NCBI GenBank assembly: GCA_965248535.1
Contig: CBDFJR010000005.1
Coordinates: 800,001 to 864,000, forward strand
Origin: Phormidesmis sp.
Lineage (GTDB): Bacteria > Cyanobacteriota > Cyanobacteriia > Leptolyngbyales > Leptolyngbyaceae
Direction of reading: 5' to 3'
DNA length: 64,000 bases
In this document: one piece after another, positions 10,247 to 19,673 of the stretch
Layout: the number at the start of each line of letters is the position of its first letter
Numbering within the stretch: position 1 is the first letter of the stretch
The notes under the pieces: model-generated
The model's database searches: none
Seen by the model: only the letters and a program-made list of their open reading frames with translations
What the model was told of the DNA's origin: nothing
Position numbers and translations under genes: made by a program

Positions 10247-11530
10247 TCAAACCAGGGCCGCAACAGGCTGAGAAAGATGGGGATAAAGCGGAAAGCGATC
10301 GCAGAGCGCAGCCACGCGGCGACGGCAATCTTGAGCAACCGTCTCATCGTCAGGGCTGAGAAGCCGATCGGCAATAATGTTTGCGATCTCAGTAAACTCA
10401 ACCGTGCCCATGCCGCGAGTGGTCATCGCAGGAGAGCCTAATCTCAGACCGCTCGTGACAAACGGCGAGGCTGGATCAAAAGGCACCGTGTTTTTGTTGG
10501 CCGTGATGTTGACTCCGCTCACCAACTGATCAGCGAGTTTGCCCGTCATGGCGATCGAGCGCAGGTCTACCAGCATTAAGTGATTGTCGGTGCCCCCCGA
10601 AACGATCTTGAACTGGCGTTTCTGAAGTTGCGCCGCCATTGCTTGGGCGTTTTCGATCACATGACCACAATAGGTTTTAAACTCTGGCTTGAGGGCTTCC
10701 CCAAAGGCGACGGCTTTACCTGCAATGACGTGTTCTAACGGCCCACCTTGCGAGCCAGGAAAAACGGCTTTATCCAGTTGCTTGCCCAAGTCAGCATCTC
10801 GCGTGAGAATCAACCCGCCTCTTGGCCCGCGTAGAGTTTTATGAGTCGTCGTCGTCACAACATCGCAGTAGGGCAATGGGTTGGGGTGAAGCCCGGTGGC
10901 AACCAGTCCGGCGATGTGGGCAATGTCTGCCAGGAGATGAGCGCCAATTTCATCAGCGATCGCCCGAAACTTGTCAAACTGGATCACTCGCGGATAGGCG
11001 GAATACCCACAGATCAGCATTTTAGGACGATGCTTCAGCGCTAACTCTCGAATCTGATCATAGTCAAGCTGCTCAGTTTCTTGGCTCACGCCATAGTCAG
11101 AGACGTTGAACCACTTGCCCGACACGTTGACAGGTGACCCATGAGTCAGGTGCCCCCCGTGGGACAGATCCATGCCCATGATCGTGTCACCGGGCTTGAG
11201 CAGAGCCAGAAAAACCGCAAAGTTTGCCTGGGCACCTGAGTGAGGCTGCACGTTGGCGTGAGCGGCCCCAAATAATTCTTTAGCCCGATCGATGGCGAGT
11301 TGCTCGACGCGATCGACAAACTCACACCCCCCGTAATAGCGCTTGCCGGGCAGCCCCTCTGCATATTTGTTGGTTAACACTGAGCCTTGGGCTGCCATCA
11401 CCGCAGGAGACGTAAAGTTTTCGCTTGCAATCAGTTCGAGGTGATCCTGTTGCCGATGAAGCTCCTGCTGAATCAGGTCGGCGATCGCGGGATCAGCGCT
11501 TGCCAAGAAGTCTGAGTTAGTCTGAGTCAC
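10247..11530 (-). CDS. glyA: Serine hydroxymethyltransferase
   Basis: [14 protein letters not shown] and [14 protein letters not shown] (PLP lysine) motifs; GTG start. Confidence 0.98.
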   Translation of the reverse strand: MTQTNSDFLASADPAIADLIQQELHRQQDHLELIASENFTSPAVMAAQGSVLTNKYAEGLPGKRYYGGCEFVDRVEQLAIDRAKELFGAAHANVQPHSGAQANFAVFLALLKPGDTIMGMDLSHGGHLTHGSPVNVSGKWFNVSDYGVSQETEQLDYDQIRELALKHRPKMLICGYSAYPRVIQFDKFRAIADEIGAHLLADIAHIAGLVATGLHPNPLPYCDVVTTTTHKTLRGPRGGLILTRDADLGKQLDKAVFPGSQGGPLEHVIAGKAVAFGEALKPEFKTYCGHVIENAQAMAAQLQKRQFKIVSGGTDNHLMLVDLRSIAMTGKLADQLVSGVNITANKNTVPFDPASPFVTSGLRLGSPAMTTRGMGTVEFTEIANIIADRLLSPDDETVAQDCRRRVAALCDRFPLYPHLSQPVAALV

Positions 11531-11683
11531 TGGGCAAATTCCTAAATTTAGAGGGTGAAACTAATGGTTTTTGAACGCTGGGCTAGCCGTAGAGCTTGCT
11601 GAGGAATCGATCATAGCGTCGTTTGTTTGTGACTTAACGAGTTAGTTGTAAATTTCGTAGAAAATTTCTCCAGGGATTTTCTG

Positions 11684-13870
11684 TCAACTATGGGAATGGG
11701 TGCCGTTGATGGTTTCACGTCCCAAAACGGTGACGGGGGGCTGATGAGATTGCGCCATCATCGCCTCTTCAACCCTGCGCGGCAGATGGATATCTACGCC
11801 GTTAATAATTGCCCCTAGCAGCTTGTGATCGTCTGTTTCGCTGAGATGGTCGATCGCCTCGGTCAAAATGCTTTCTTGGGTCACACCCGGACGGGTGACC
11901 ATCACCAGCCCATCACTATAGGGTTCTAACAGCAGCGCATCATTGCAGCGACTCAAGGCAGGGGTGTCTAGCACGACGAGATCAAATCGCCCTCTGGCAT
12001 CTTCCAAAAGGCGGCGCATCTCGCTTGATTCGAGAATCGAAGCCGCCTGACGCTGCGGCCCCACACTCGGCACCACATAGAGATTTTCGACCTCTGGCGC
12101 AAGCCGAACGCAGTCGCTAATCTGCCCGTAATAGCGCAAGGGTTCTAGAAGGCTGTCGGGGTCGGCTACCAGATTTACGTAGGCTGCTTTGGAGGGCGAT
12201 CGTAGATCTGCCTCAATCAATAGTGTGCGCTTTCCGGCTCTGGCCGACGCGATCGCCAGATTATAGGCGCTGACGGTTTTGCCTTCATCGGCGATCGTGC
12301 TGGTCAACAAGATCACGCGCAGCGTTTTGTTTTCTGTCAAGCGCAGCTTACTGCGGAGCCGTTCATAATAGTCAAAATAAGGAGAATCTGAGCGTACTAA
12401 AACCGGAGAGTCTTTGACATCCCAACTCTTGACCAGCGGCAGTGAGCCGAGCAGGGTAACATCTCGTGATCGCAGGGCCTCCCGCAGATCGTCTTCGGTG
12501 TAGAATTTGCCTTCCATAGTGTCGAGCAGAAAAATTACCCCTCCGCCGACCAGCAAGCCGACCAACCCCCCGATCGCTAGCGTTAGCGGAATGCTCTTAG
12601 AGGCTTTGGGTAGAGTCGGCAGCAGAGACGGCGCTTTGGCGAGATTGAGGCTGCTCACCGTTTCAACTTCGGCGGCTCTGGCATCGACCAGTTTGACCTG
12701 CATCTGATCGTGAAGGGCTTTTTTGAGCCGAACTTGATCTTCTAAGCGGGTGCGTTCTAGCTGGCGATTAGGCACGATCGCAAACTGTTGCCGCAGGGTC
12801 TGCTCCGATCGCACCGTTGAGACTAACTGCTGCTGCAAGACATCCTGTTGAGTTTTGAGACCGACTAGGGTATTGGCTAACTGCTGTCGAGCCGGGTCGA
12901 GACTGCTGTCTTGCCGCACGGTGTTTGCAAAGGGAGCCGCAACCCCGTTGCCGCCCATCACTTCTCTAGCGCGTTTTTGAAGCTGTTCTTCTAAGGTTTG
13001 CTGCTGTTTGCGGAGGTTGATCAAATCGGGATGTTCGGGCCGCAGATCTTTACTTTTAAGGGAAATCTGCGCCTCGACTTGCTGAATCTGGGCCCGCAGG
13101 CTAGCCAAAAGAGGATCGGCACTCAAAGCCGCAGAGACATAGGCCTGATTGGGGTCTAACCCTAGCCGTTGCTCTAAACTGCGAATCTGGGCGTTAGTGC
13201 CATCAAGTTGCAGTTGTAGCTGTCTCTGCTGATTTTCGCTGCCCGTGATGGCACCGATCAGTGTTCCGTTTTGGGCCGCCAGCAGTTGAGGGCCTTCGAC
13301 CCGATCGTAGTCTTCTAACACTTGCTCAGAAGCTCTGAGATCGCTCGACACTTTGGGCAATCGCTGATTGATCGCGTCGATCACGGCTCGCAGTCGGGCT
13401 GAGTTGTTGAGCCGACTCTGTTCGACAATGCGCTGGCTAAATTGTTGAACTACCGCGATCGCTCGTTTGGGGTCTTCGTCACTATAAGAGACACTGACTT
13501 GAGCAGCGCCCCCTGCGGGAGCCGTCTGACCTTTGGCAGCTTTGGGCACATCGACTTCTACCTTGGCGTTTCTCACCACTTCGAGCGGCGGAATGCCGAC
13601 TTCTTTGGCCACCGCTTCGATCATCTCTCTGGGCACGAGCGAGTCGCTGGTAAAGGTTTCGATCGGCTGTCTCAGTTCGGTGCCGATCGTCGAAAAGGCG
13701 ATCGGTGGACGGTTAGAAACCAACAGCGCATTGGCTTGATAGATCCGGGCTGGGTCGGGCAGAGACACCACCACGCCCGCCGCCGCCATGCCCAAAAACA
13801 CCCCGGCTGGGATGGCCCACTTATAGCGATCGACGGCCAGCAGATAGCGCTTAACGATTGGCGGAGTCAT
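11684..13870 (-). CDS. Wzc/GumC-family polysaccharide co-polymerase with BY-kinase-like ATPase domain
   Basis: Two TM segments flanking a long coiled coil; Walker A TSTIADEGKT, A' LLIEADLR, B VVLDTP. Confidence 0.88.
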   Translation of the reverse strand: MTPPIVKRYLLAVDRYKWAIPAGVFLGMAAAGVVVSLPDPARIYQANALLVSNRPPIAFSTIGTELRQPIETFTSDSLVPREMIEAVAKEVGIPPLEVVRNAKVEVDVPKAAKGQTAPAGGAAQVSVSYSDEDPKRAIAVVQQFSQRIVEQSRLNNSARLRAVIDAINQRLPKVSSDLRASEQVLEDYDRVEGPQLLAAQNGTLIGAITGSENQQRQLQLQLDGTNAQIRSLEQRLGLDPNQAYVSAALSADPLLASLRAQIQQVEAQISLKSKDLRPEHPDLINLRKQQQTLEEQLQKRAREVMGGNGVAAPFANTVRQDSSLDPARQQLANTLVGLKTQQDVLQQQLVSTVRSEQTLRQQFAIVPNRQLERTRLEDQVRLKKALHDQMQVKLVDARAAEVETVSSLNLAKAPSLLPTLPKASKSIPLTLAIGGLVGLLVGGGVIFLLDTMEGKFYTEDDLREALRSRDVTLLGSLPLVKSWDVKDSPVLVRSDSPYFDYYERLRSKLRLTENKTLRVILLTSTIADEGKTVSAYNLAIASARAGKRTLLIEADLRSPSKAAYVNLVADPDSLLEPLRYYGQISDCVRLAPEVENLYVVPSVGPQRQAASILESSEMRRLLEDARGRFDLVVLDTPALSRCNDALLLEPYSDGLVMVTRPGVTQESILTEAIDHLSETDDHKLLGAIINGVDIHLPRRVEEAMMAQSHQPPVTVLGRETINGTHSHS

Positions 13871-15191
13871 AGAACCTCGTGATACGTGGGAAACTCAGTG
13901 TCTTCAGACCTGAGAGGAAAACGGTTGCTTCGCAGTTCCGCAAAGGGGTAATCGCGTGGTTTTAACCACCGTATTCTTTCTGGATGAGTTATAATTGACT
14001 CATGACTCAATCCCTGTCTGTGAAATGTAAGCTGATAGTCCCTTCTAACTTTCGTCCACAAATTGACGAGACGTTGGAAGGGTTTTCGCTTGCCTGTAAT
14101 CAGATCTTGGAAGTCGCAAAACGTGAGAATTGCTGGAACACCACGAAGCTTCACCATCTGGTTTATAAACCAGTTAGAGAGGCAACGGGGTTGAAAGCAA
14201 ACCATGTTTGCCAAGCGATTCGTCGCGTGATTGGCAACGTCAAAGCCGTCAAACAAGTCCACAAATTTAGACCCACCTCTTTGAGTCTGGACGTTCGCAC
14301 GTTCAAGTATGTGGAGGAAAGTCAAACCGTCGGAGTCACCCTCAAGTCTGGACGAGTTCAATTTGCCCTGTCTATTGGGGGCTATCAAATCGCCTTGCTC
14401 AGAGGTCAAACTTTGACCAGTGCAACGCTGAACAAAACCAAAAAAGGCGACTACTACGTCAACTTTGTAGTTGAGCTTGAAACGCCGCCTACTGGCAAAA
14501 CTCCCAAGGTAATTGGGGTTGATTTGGGACGGCGTGACATTGCCACAACCAGCACTGAAAAGAGTTGGAGTGGAGAGAAGATTCAATCTGTCCGTGACCG
14601 ATATAGCAAGGTCAGAGCCAACGTTCAATCCAAACGCACTCGGTCTAGTCGCAGACTGACGAGACGGCTTTCTGGGAGAGAACGGCGGTTTCAGGAATGG
14701 TTGAATCACAACATCAGCAAGCAACTCGTGCAAGACGCTAAATCGCAGAATGCAGCCCTGGCTTTTGAAGACTTGACCCACATCAGAGAGAGTCTGAACC
14801 AGAAGCCTAGAAGCAAAGTAGAGCGACGTAGAACCAATAATTGGGCGTTCTATCAACTCCGCTTGTTCGTGGGCTACAAGGCTGCAATCGCGGGGGTTGC
14901 TGTAATTTTCGTGCCACCTGCTTACACAATCTCAAACCTGCAACCGATGCGGACATCTTCACCCCGTCAAAGGGAAAAGTTATCGCAACGGGAAGCGGTT
15001 TAAGTGTGGTCACTGCGGGTTTGAGCATGATGCTGACGTGAATGCGGCTAAGAATATTGCTGCTTTGGGGTTGTCTGTAAGCCAGCCCGAAAGTCCGGGG
15101 CTGAGTTGTCAACTAGCGGGTCAGATGACCCTCTTTCCGACGATTCAAAACTGTGGCTAAAGCTCAGTCCCTTTAAGGCTGAGTTGCTTAC
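13871..15191 (+). mobile_element. IS200/IS605-family non-autonomous (tnpB-only, IS1341-like) element
   Basis: Related subterminal hairpins CTCAGTGTCTTCAGACCTGAG (13894-13914) and CTCAGTCCCTTTAAGGCTGAG (15163-15183); right end TTAC (15188-15191) with cognate guide AAAG (15159-15162); tnpB inside and no tnpA; left boundary uncertain (13871-13884). Confidence 0.85.
14002..15160 (+). pseudogene. tnpB: RNA-guided endonuclease TnpB, frameshifted by one extra A at about 14929
   Basis: RuvC-I VIGVDLG, RuvC-II AFEDL, WAFYQL. Removing one A from GCT TAC ACA A TCT CAA ACC TGC restores YTSQTCNRCG...FKCGHCG...DADVNAAKNI to the TAA at 15158-15160. Confidence 0.9.
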
Positions 15192-15230
15192 AGCAGCACA
15201 CGACAGAAGGTAAATTAAGGGGACGATCGG

Positions 15231-16394
15231 TTAATTGCCATTGTTATTGTTAGCTGGGCCAAAGAGATTGCTAGCGCCTCTCCCCAGTTCTCTAAAAAAT
15301 AATAAGAAGCCCAAAACATCTCGAAACGGTTGGGTAAACACATTGAGGGCATAGGTGACCCTGCCGACCAAGGTGCGACCGATCACAATCACGTCGTTGT
15401 CCTCAAGCGCCAGGTTTTGGGCCATGTCTCCCAGGATGACTTTTTTGCCATCAATTTCTCGTGAGACGGCTTTTTGCTGAATCGGGTCAAATCGAATCAG
15501 GGCAATTCTTCGCAGGTCAGAGGCATCGGGGTTGACGGCGGCGGCGGTGAGCGCGTCTAAAAAGGTGCTGCCACTGGGAAGCACGACATTGCCTAACCCA
15601 CCTCTTGCATAGCTTAAAACTCGCACTGAGATCTGAGGCTTGACCAAAGTCGATCGAGCGACTAAGCCACGATCGTAGTCTTTTTCTGCCCCCGGCTCTA
15701 GTTTAGAAACGATCACCACATCCCCATCTTGCAGCCGCAGGTCGGGCAGAGCGGTGCCGTTTTTGAGAGGAGCGATTAAATCTAGGGTTTCTTCTAGGGT
15801 TGAGCCGTCATTTAAGGTGCGGCGCACAATCACCGATCGTAGGTCTGCCCGTTGGGTGGCTCCTCCGGCAGTCAGCAGCGCTGATGAGATGCGGCTAGGA
15901 GCTTGCAGGGGATAAACGCCCGGACGAGAAATTTCTCCGGTTAGCGTCACCAGCACCGGGCGTTGATTGGTCAGGGCCAGCAGCACGATCGGGTCAATCA
16001 CAAATCGATTCACCCCTTGCCGGACTTTTTCTTGAGCTTGCTCGATCGTTAATCCCTGAAGTCCAATCTTGCCCAAGAGCGGGGTTGTGATGTTGCCATC
16101 TTGATCGATGACCGCCTGAAAGTTGAGATCTGGAAACCTCTGAACGACCACGCCAACGGCATCTCCGGCTCCTAATCGATAGAGATTAAAGGAGTTTGGT
16201 GGGGCTGCGGGCTGAAGGATCGGGGCTTTTGAAGCGGGCGCAGCGGGGGGCAGCGGAGTTTGACCGAGAGCCACTTGAGGAGACTGAACGGCGATCGTTC
16301 CCAGCAAAATGGCAACGGGCAAAGTCGAGGTGACCCCATAAACACTGGACAGAGACCACGCTATAAACTGACGACTCACGGCGATCGGGGTCAT
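15231..16394 (-). CDS. Polysaccharide export protein (Wza/OPX family, SLBB domains)
   Basis: YRLGAGD, DGNITTPLLG, GEISRPGVY and LQDGDVVIV motifs. Confidence 0.9.
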   Translation of the reverse strand: MTPIAVSRQFIAWSLSSVYGVTSTLPVAILLGTIAVQSPQVALGQTPLPPAAPASKAPILQPAAPPNSFNLYRLGAGDAVGVVVQRFPDLNFQAVIDQDGNITTPLLGKIGLQGLTIEQAQEKVRQGVNRFVIDPIVLLALTNQRPVLVTLTGEISRPGVYPLQAPSRISSALLTAGGATQRADLRSVIVRRTLNDGSTLEETLDLIAPLKNGTALPDLRLQDGDVVIVSKLEPGAEKDYDRGLVARSTLVKPQISVRVLSYARGGLGNVVLPSGSTFLDALTAAAVNPDASDLRRIALIRFDPIQQKAVSREIDGKKVILGDMAQNLALEDNDVIVIGRTLVGRVTYALNVFTQPFRDVLGFLLFFRELGRGASNLFGPANNNNGN

Positions 16395-16556
16395 GGAAAA
16401 TTTGCTAGATAATCGGTTTCAGACGCTCTCAGGGCTGGGGATGAAATCATCTCGGTAGCTCGACTCCGACTGGGTTTAGGTCACGATTCTAAGCTGTTGC
16501 TATTGTATCTCTCAGCCCTTAGACCGATGATTTTAAGTTCGATTTGGGTTTGCCTT

Positions 16557-17282
16557 TCAGGACTTTAGAACCCCCGACATCAGGCTTGACTGCACGGCTT
16601 GAGCCAGAGACTCTAAAGCGGGCCAGTGCTGATCGATCGTATCCAGTGGCTCGATCGGCATCCACACGCTGACTGCCACCCAGGGAATGCGGCGATTTTG
16701 CCACTGAGCCACCCGATCGGCAAAAAACCAGCGATCGGGGCTGGGGTGTCCGCCTGTTGACCAGGCATACCATTGCAGCACCGCGTAGGTCTGTCGTCGA
16801 ACAGGCTGTGAGTTACCCGGTTTGGGTTTGGTCAGCCCTCTAAAAAATTGCGCCGTCACTTTGACAGCGGGTTGAGATAGGGTGAAGTCAACCCGGCGAT
16901 CGCCCTCGGTTTCCCAGCTTTGAAAGCCGTTGATATCGCTCCACTCAACTTCGGGCTGTTCGCGGTTGCCCTTCTGCGGAAACAACAGCAAAATCGCCTT
17001 AGTCTGACTGGAATTGACGAGTTCTTGCCGCAGCCATTTGTGCTCGCCAACTTGGGTGGCCTCGCGCTTGAGGGTCTGCCACCCCGGCACCGTTAACCCC
17101 ACCTGCCGCAGTTTGGTCAATTGAGAGAGGGTCGCCACCTTGGGCGGCTCGACCCACCGCCACTTGCCTGAGAGATAGCCCGGAACGGCCCCGATCGCCA
17201 CCAACATCAGCAGCAGCCAGAGTAGGGCAATTTTAGACCAATAGAGATGCAGAGATTTGCGGAGAGACCTGATCATTGTCAA
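16557..17282 (-). CDS. Cyanoexosortase B system-associated protein
   Basis: Directly downstream of the exosortase; GAVPGYLSGKWRW and AVLQWYAW segments. Confidence 0.8.
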   Translation of the reverse strand: MTMIRSLRKSLHLYWSKIALLWLLLMLVAIGAVPGYLSGKWRWVEPPKVATLSQLTKLRQVGLTVPGWQTLKREATQVGEHKWLRQELVNSSQTKAILLLFPQKGNREQPEVEWSDINGFQSWETEGDRRVDFTLSQPAVKVTAQFFRGLTKPKPGNSQPVRRQTYAVLQWYAWSTGGHPSPDRWFFADRVAQWQNRRIPWVAVSVWMPIEPLDTIDQHWPALESLAQAVQSSLMSGVLKS

Positions 17283-17303
17283 AAATTAAACAGGATTTGC
17301 AAC

Positions 17304-18194
17304 CTAATCAGCCGGGGAGAAATGTTGATCGAGCAAATTCACGAGCACGACGAGCAGACCCAACATCAAGGCCGAGTAGACATCGCCGCCCCAGCCTTGA
17401 TGAAGCCAGTCAAAGGCCTGGTCTTTTCCAGTGCCGTGAAAGTAGGTCAGAAGGGTGTTGCGAAGGATATTAGCACTGATGCTAATCACTCCAGTGCAGC
17501 CGAGAAACAGAATTGAGATAATGCGCGATCGCAGCAAATCTGTCCAATAAAGCAGCATTAACGCGACATATAAACTCGTAAACAGCATTTTTAGCCCCGC
17601 GCAGTAGGGGGCCACTTCGACAATTTGCCCATTAACGTAGAGATAAATTTGCTCAACAGTGACATTTAGACCCAGTTGGTTAAGAATAAAGCCTGCTGTG
17701 CTCGCGATAAAACTTTGCAGCGGCAAGGTGTAAGGCGCGATTAAATAGGGAATCTCGCTCGGCGTTGCCAAAAATACCAGCAGCAAGGCAAAACTTTGCA
17801 GCTTTAAACCCGGTAATCCCTTTAGCCAGAGACAAATTCCGGCTAGCAAAACCGGGAGTGACAGATTGACAAAATCGGGCAATCCACTCAGATAAAAAGC
17901 TCCGGCGACGAGCAGCAAGAGCGCGCCGCCGAATTTTTCTAACCCGATCGGGGGCTGACTCGGTTCCTCTAATCGCTGCCACCGTTTGCGATTCACCCAG
18001 GCGACATAGGCCGCAAACGGCAGCCCGATTACCCCGTGGCTAAAATATTCGTGCTCAATGCTGATGCTTTTGCGAAGCCATCCATCTAGCCAATGCAGCA
18101 AGAGGGGGGCATAGAGCAACGTCAATAGTCCCATCAGGGCAACGCTGCTCCCATAGCGATCGACAAGCGGAGAAGAAAAAAGACGAATTCGCAT
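17304..18194 (-). CDS. crtB: Cyanoexosortase B (exosortase family transpeptidase)
   Basis: EHEYFSHG, VEVAPYCAGL (Cys), NILRN (Arg) and WLHQGWGG (His); multi-TM. The symbol refers to the exosortase crtB, not phytoene synthase. Confidence 0.88.
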   Translation of the reverse strand: MRIRLFSSPLVDRYGSSVALMGLLTLLYAPLLLHWLDGWLRKSISIEHEYFSHGVIGLPFAAYVAWVNRKRWQRLEEPSQPPIGLEKFGGALLLLVAGAFYLSGLPDFVNLSLPVLLAGICLWLKGLPGLKLQSFALLLVFLATPSEIPYLIAPYTLPLQSFIASTAGFILNQLGLNVTVEQIYLYVNGQIVEVAPYCAGLKMLFTSLYVALMLLYWTDLLRSRIISILFLGCTGVISISANILRNTLLTYFHGTGKDQAFDWLHQGWGGDVYSALMLGLLVVLVNLLDQHFSPAD

Positions 18195-18198
18195 GGCG

Positions 18199-19395
18199 TT
18201 ACGTCGAGAGCAGCAGGGCTGACTGAGCAGTTAAAGAAGCGTCTAACACCTCTACAACGCGGTGAATCTGCGGGTCATTCAACCCTGGATACATCGGTAG
18301 AGACAAAATCTCTTGACATAAAGTTTCAGCGATCGGAAAGTCGCCCACCCGATAGCCCAACTCTTGAAACGCGGGCTGAAGGTGACACGGCAGCGGGTAA
18401 TGAATTCCGGTTTGAATGCCTTCTTGAGCAAATTGCATTTGCAGCGAGTCGCGATCGAGCTTACAGGCAGGCAAGCCGTCCCGCGCCTCGGCCATCACTC
18501 TGATCACATAGAGGTGATAGACGTGCCCTTGGCCACATTGGTTTTGCATTGGCAAGATCCCTTGAGCGTGTAGCGGTTTAAGAAGCGTGGTGTATTGGTC
18601 GGCAATGTGGGCCCGATCGCGGTTCCAGTCTTCGAGATGGGGCAGCTTCACGTTTAAGACCGCCGCTTGGATGGTGTCTAAACGGCTGTTGGTGCCTTGC
18701 TCAGTGTGAAAATATTTACGGGGTGCCCCATAGTTTCGCAGTGCTCTCACCCTTTGAGCGATCGTTTCATCGCCCGTAATCACCATGCCCCCGTCACCCA
18801 AAGCACCCAAATTTTTAGCGGGGTAGAAACTAAAGGCTGCGGCAGCGCCAATCGACCCGGCTCGATAGCCTTCTCGCTCGGCTAAGTGGGACTGAGCCGC
18901 GTCTTCAAAGATCACCAAGTCATAGGTGTGGGCGAGATCGAGCAAAAGCGTCGGTGACACCATTTGCCCATAGAGATGCACTGGAATGATGGCGCGGGTT
19001 TTGGGGGTGATCGCTTTTTCGGCGGCGGCGAGATCGATCAGGGCTGTTTTAGCGTCACAGTCCACTAAAACTGGGGTTGCGCCCGATCGCTGGATGCCGA
19101 TCAGGGTGGCGATAAAGGTGTTGGCGGGCAAGATCACTTCATCGCCTTTGCCAATGCCGCAGGCTTGCAGCCCTAGAGCGATCGCGTCAGTGCCGCAGGC
19201 AACCCCGATGCCGTGGTGCGATCGACAGGCCGCCGCAAACGCTTGCTCAAACTCACCCAAGGCTTGACCCAACACATAATCGCCCCGCAGCATCACCTCT
19301 CGGATGGCTTGCTCAATCTGCGCTTGAAGAGGCTGGTGTTGAGCCGAGAGGTCAACAAACGGAATCTTAGCTGAAAGGCTAGGCATAAAAAGCAT
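18199..19395 (-). CDS. DegT/DnrJ/EryC1/StrS family sugar aminotransferase
   Basis: FEDAAQSH, FSFYPAKNLGALGDGG and NSRLDTIQAA motifs. Confidence 0.93.
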   Translation of the reverse strand: MLFMPSLSAKIPFVDLSAQHQPLQAQIEQAIREVMLRGDYVLGQALGEFEQAFAAACRSHHGIGVACGTDAIALGLQACGIGKGDEVILPANTFIATLIGIQRSGATPVLVDCDAKTALIDLAAAEKAITPKTRAIIPVHLYGQMVSPTLLLDLAHTYDLVIFEDAAQSHLAEREGYRAGSIGAAAAFSFYPAKNLGALGDGGMVITGDETIAQRVRALRNYGAPRKYFHTEQGTNSRLDTIQAAVLNVKLPHLEDWNRDRAHIADQYTTLLKPLHAQGILPMQNQCGQGHVYHLYVIRVMAEARDGLPACKLDRDSLQMQFAQEGIQTGIHYPLPCHLQPAFQELGYRVGDFPIAETLCQEILSLPMYPGLNDPQIHRVVEVLDASLTAQSALLLST

Positions 19396-19425
19396 TAACG
19401 ATGAAGGATTGGGAGCTAAGTATAA

Positions 19426-19468
19426 ACGCTAATCTAGTCAGAAGTCATGAGTCAGTAAGCGAACATAC
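19426..19468 (-). promoter_or_regulatory. Candidate NtcA-activated promoter of the DegT-exosortase-wza-wzc operon
   Basis: GTA-N8-TAC at 19455-19468; on the minus strand TAGCGT (TAN3T) lies 23 nt downstream. Confidence 0.35.
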
Positions 19469-19479
19469 CTAAACCATGA

Positions 19480-19516
19480 AGACTCTGTAAATTTTCTGAG
19501 AGACTCTGTGAATTTT
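19480..19516. repeat. 16-bp direct repeat with 21-bp period (AGACTCTGTRAATTTT x2)
   Basis: Copies at 19480-19495 and 19501-19516, one mismatch. Confidence 0.8.
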
Positions 19517-19673
19517 GCAGTCTTCGTTGACAATCCTTAGGCAAATGAGGGAGCGATCGGACGTGTGCAGTCAGTGAAATTACCTCGTTGAGAATCCCGA
19601 ACTCAGAGTACCCACGGCCCAGCCCTTCACCTCAAGTTCAAAAAATCTTTTGGGGGCTACCCAACTATAGAGA

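Noticed and set aside
14915..14945. Programmed ribosomal frameshift in tnpB
   Set aside because: No slippery heptamer or homopolymer at the shift site; mutation or sequencing error is simpler
13871..15191. IStron (group I intron-IS chimera)
   Set aside because: Only about 130 nt precede tnpB, too short for a group I core, and the element is intergenic and antisense to the host operon
16431..16519. Long-range inverted repeat between the exosortase-associated gene and wza
   Set aside because: Imperfect stem of about 12 bp with a loop of about 60 nt; too weak to call
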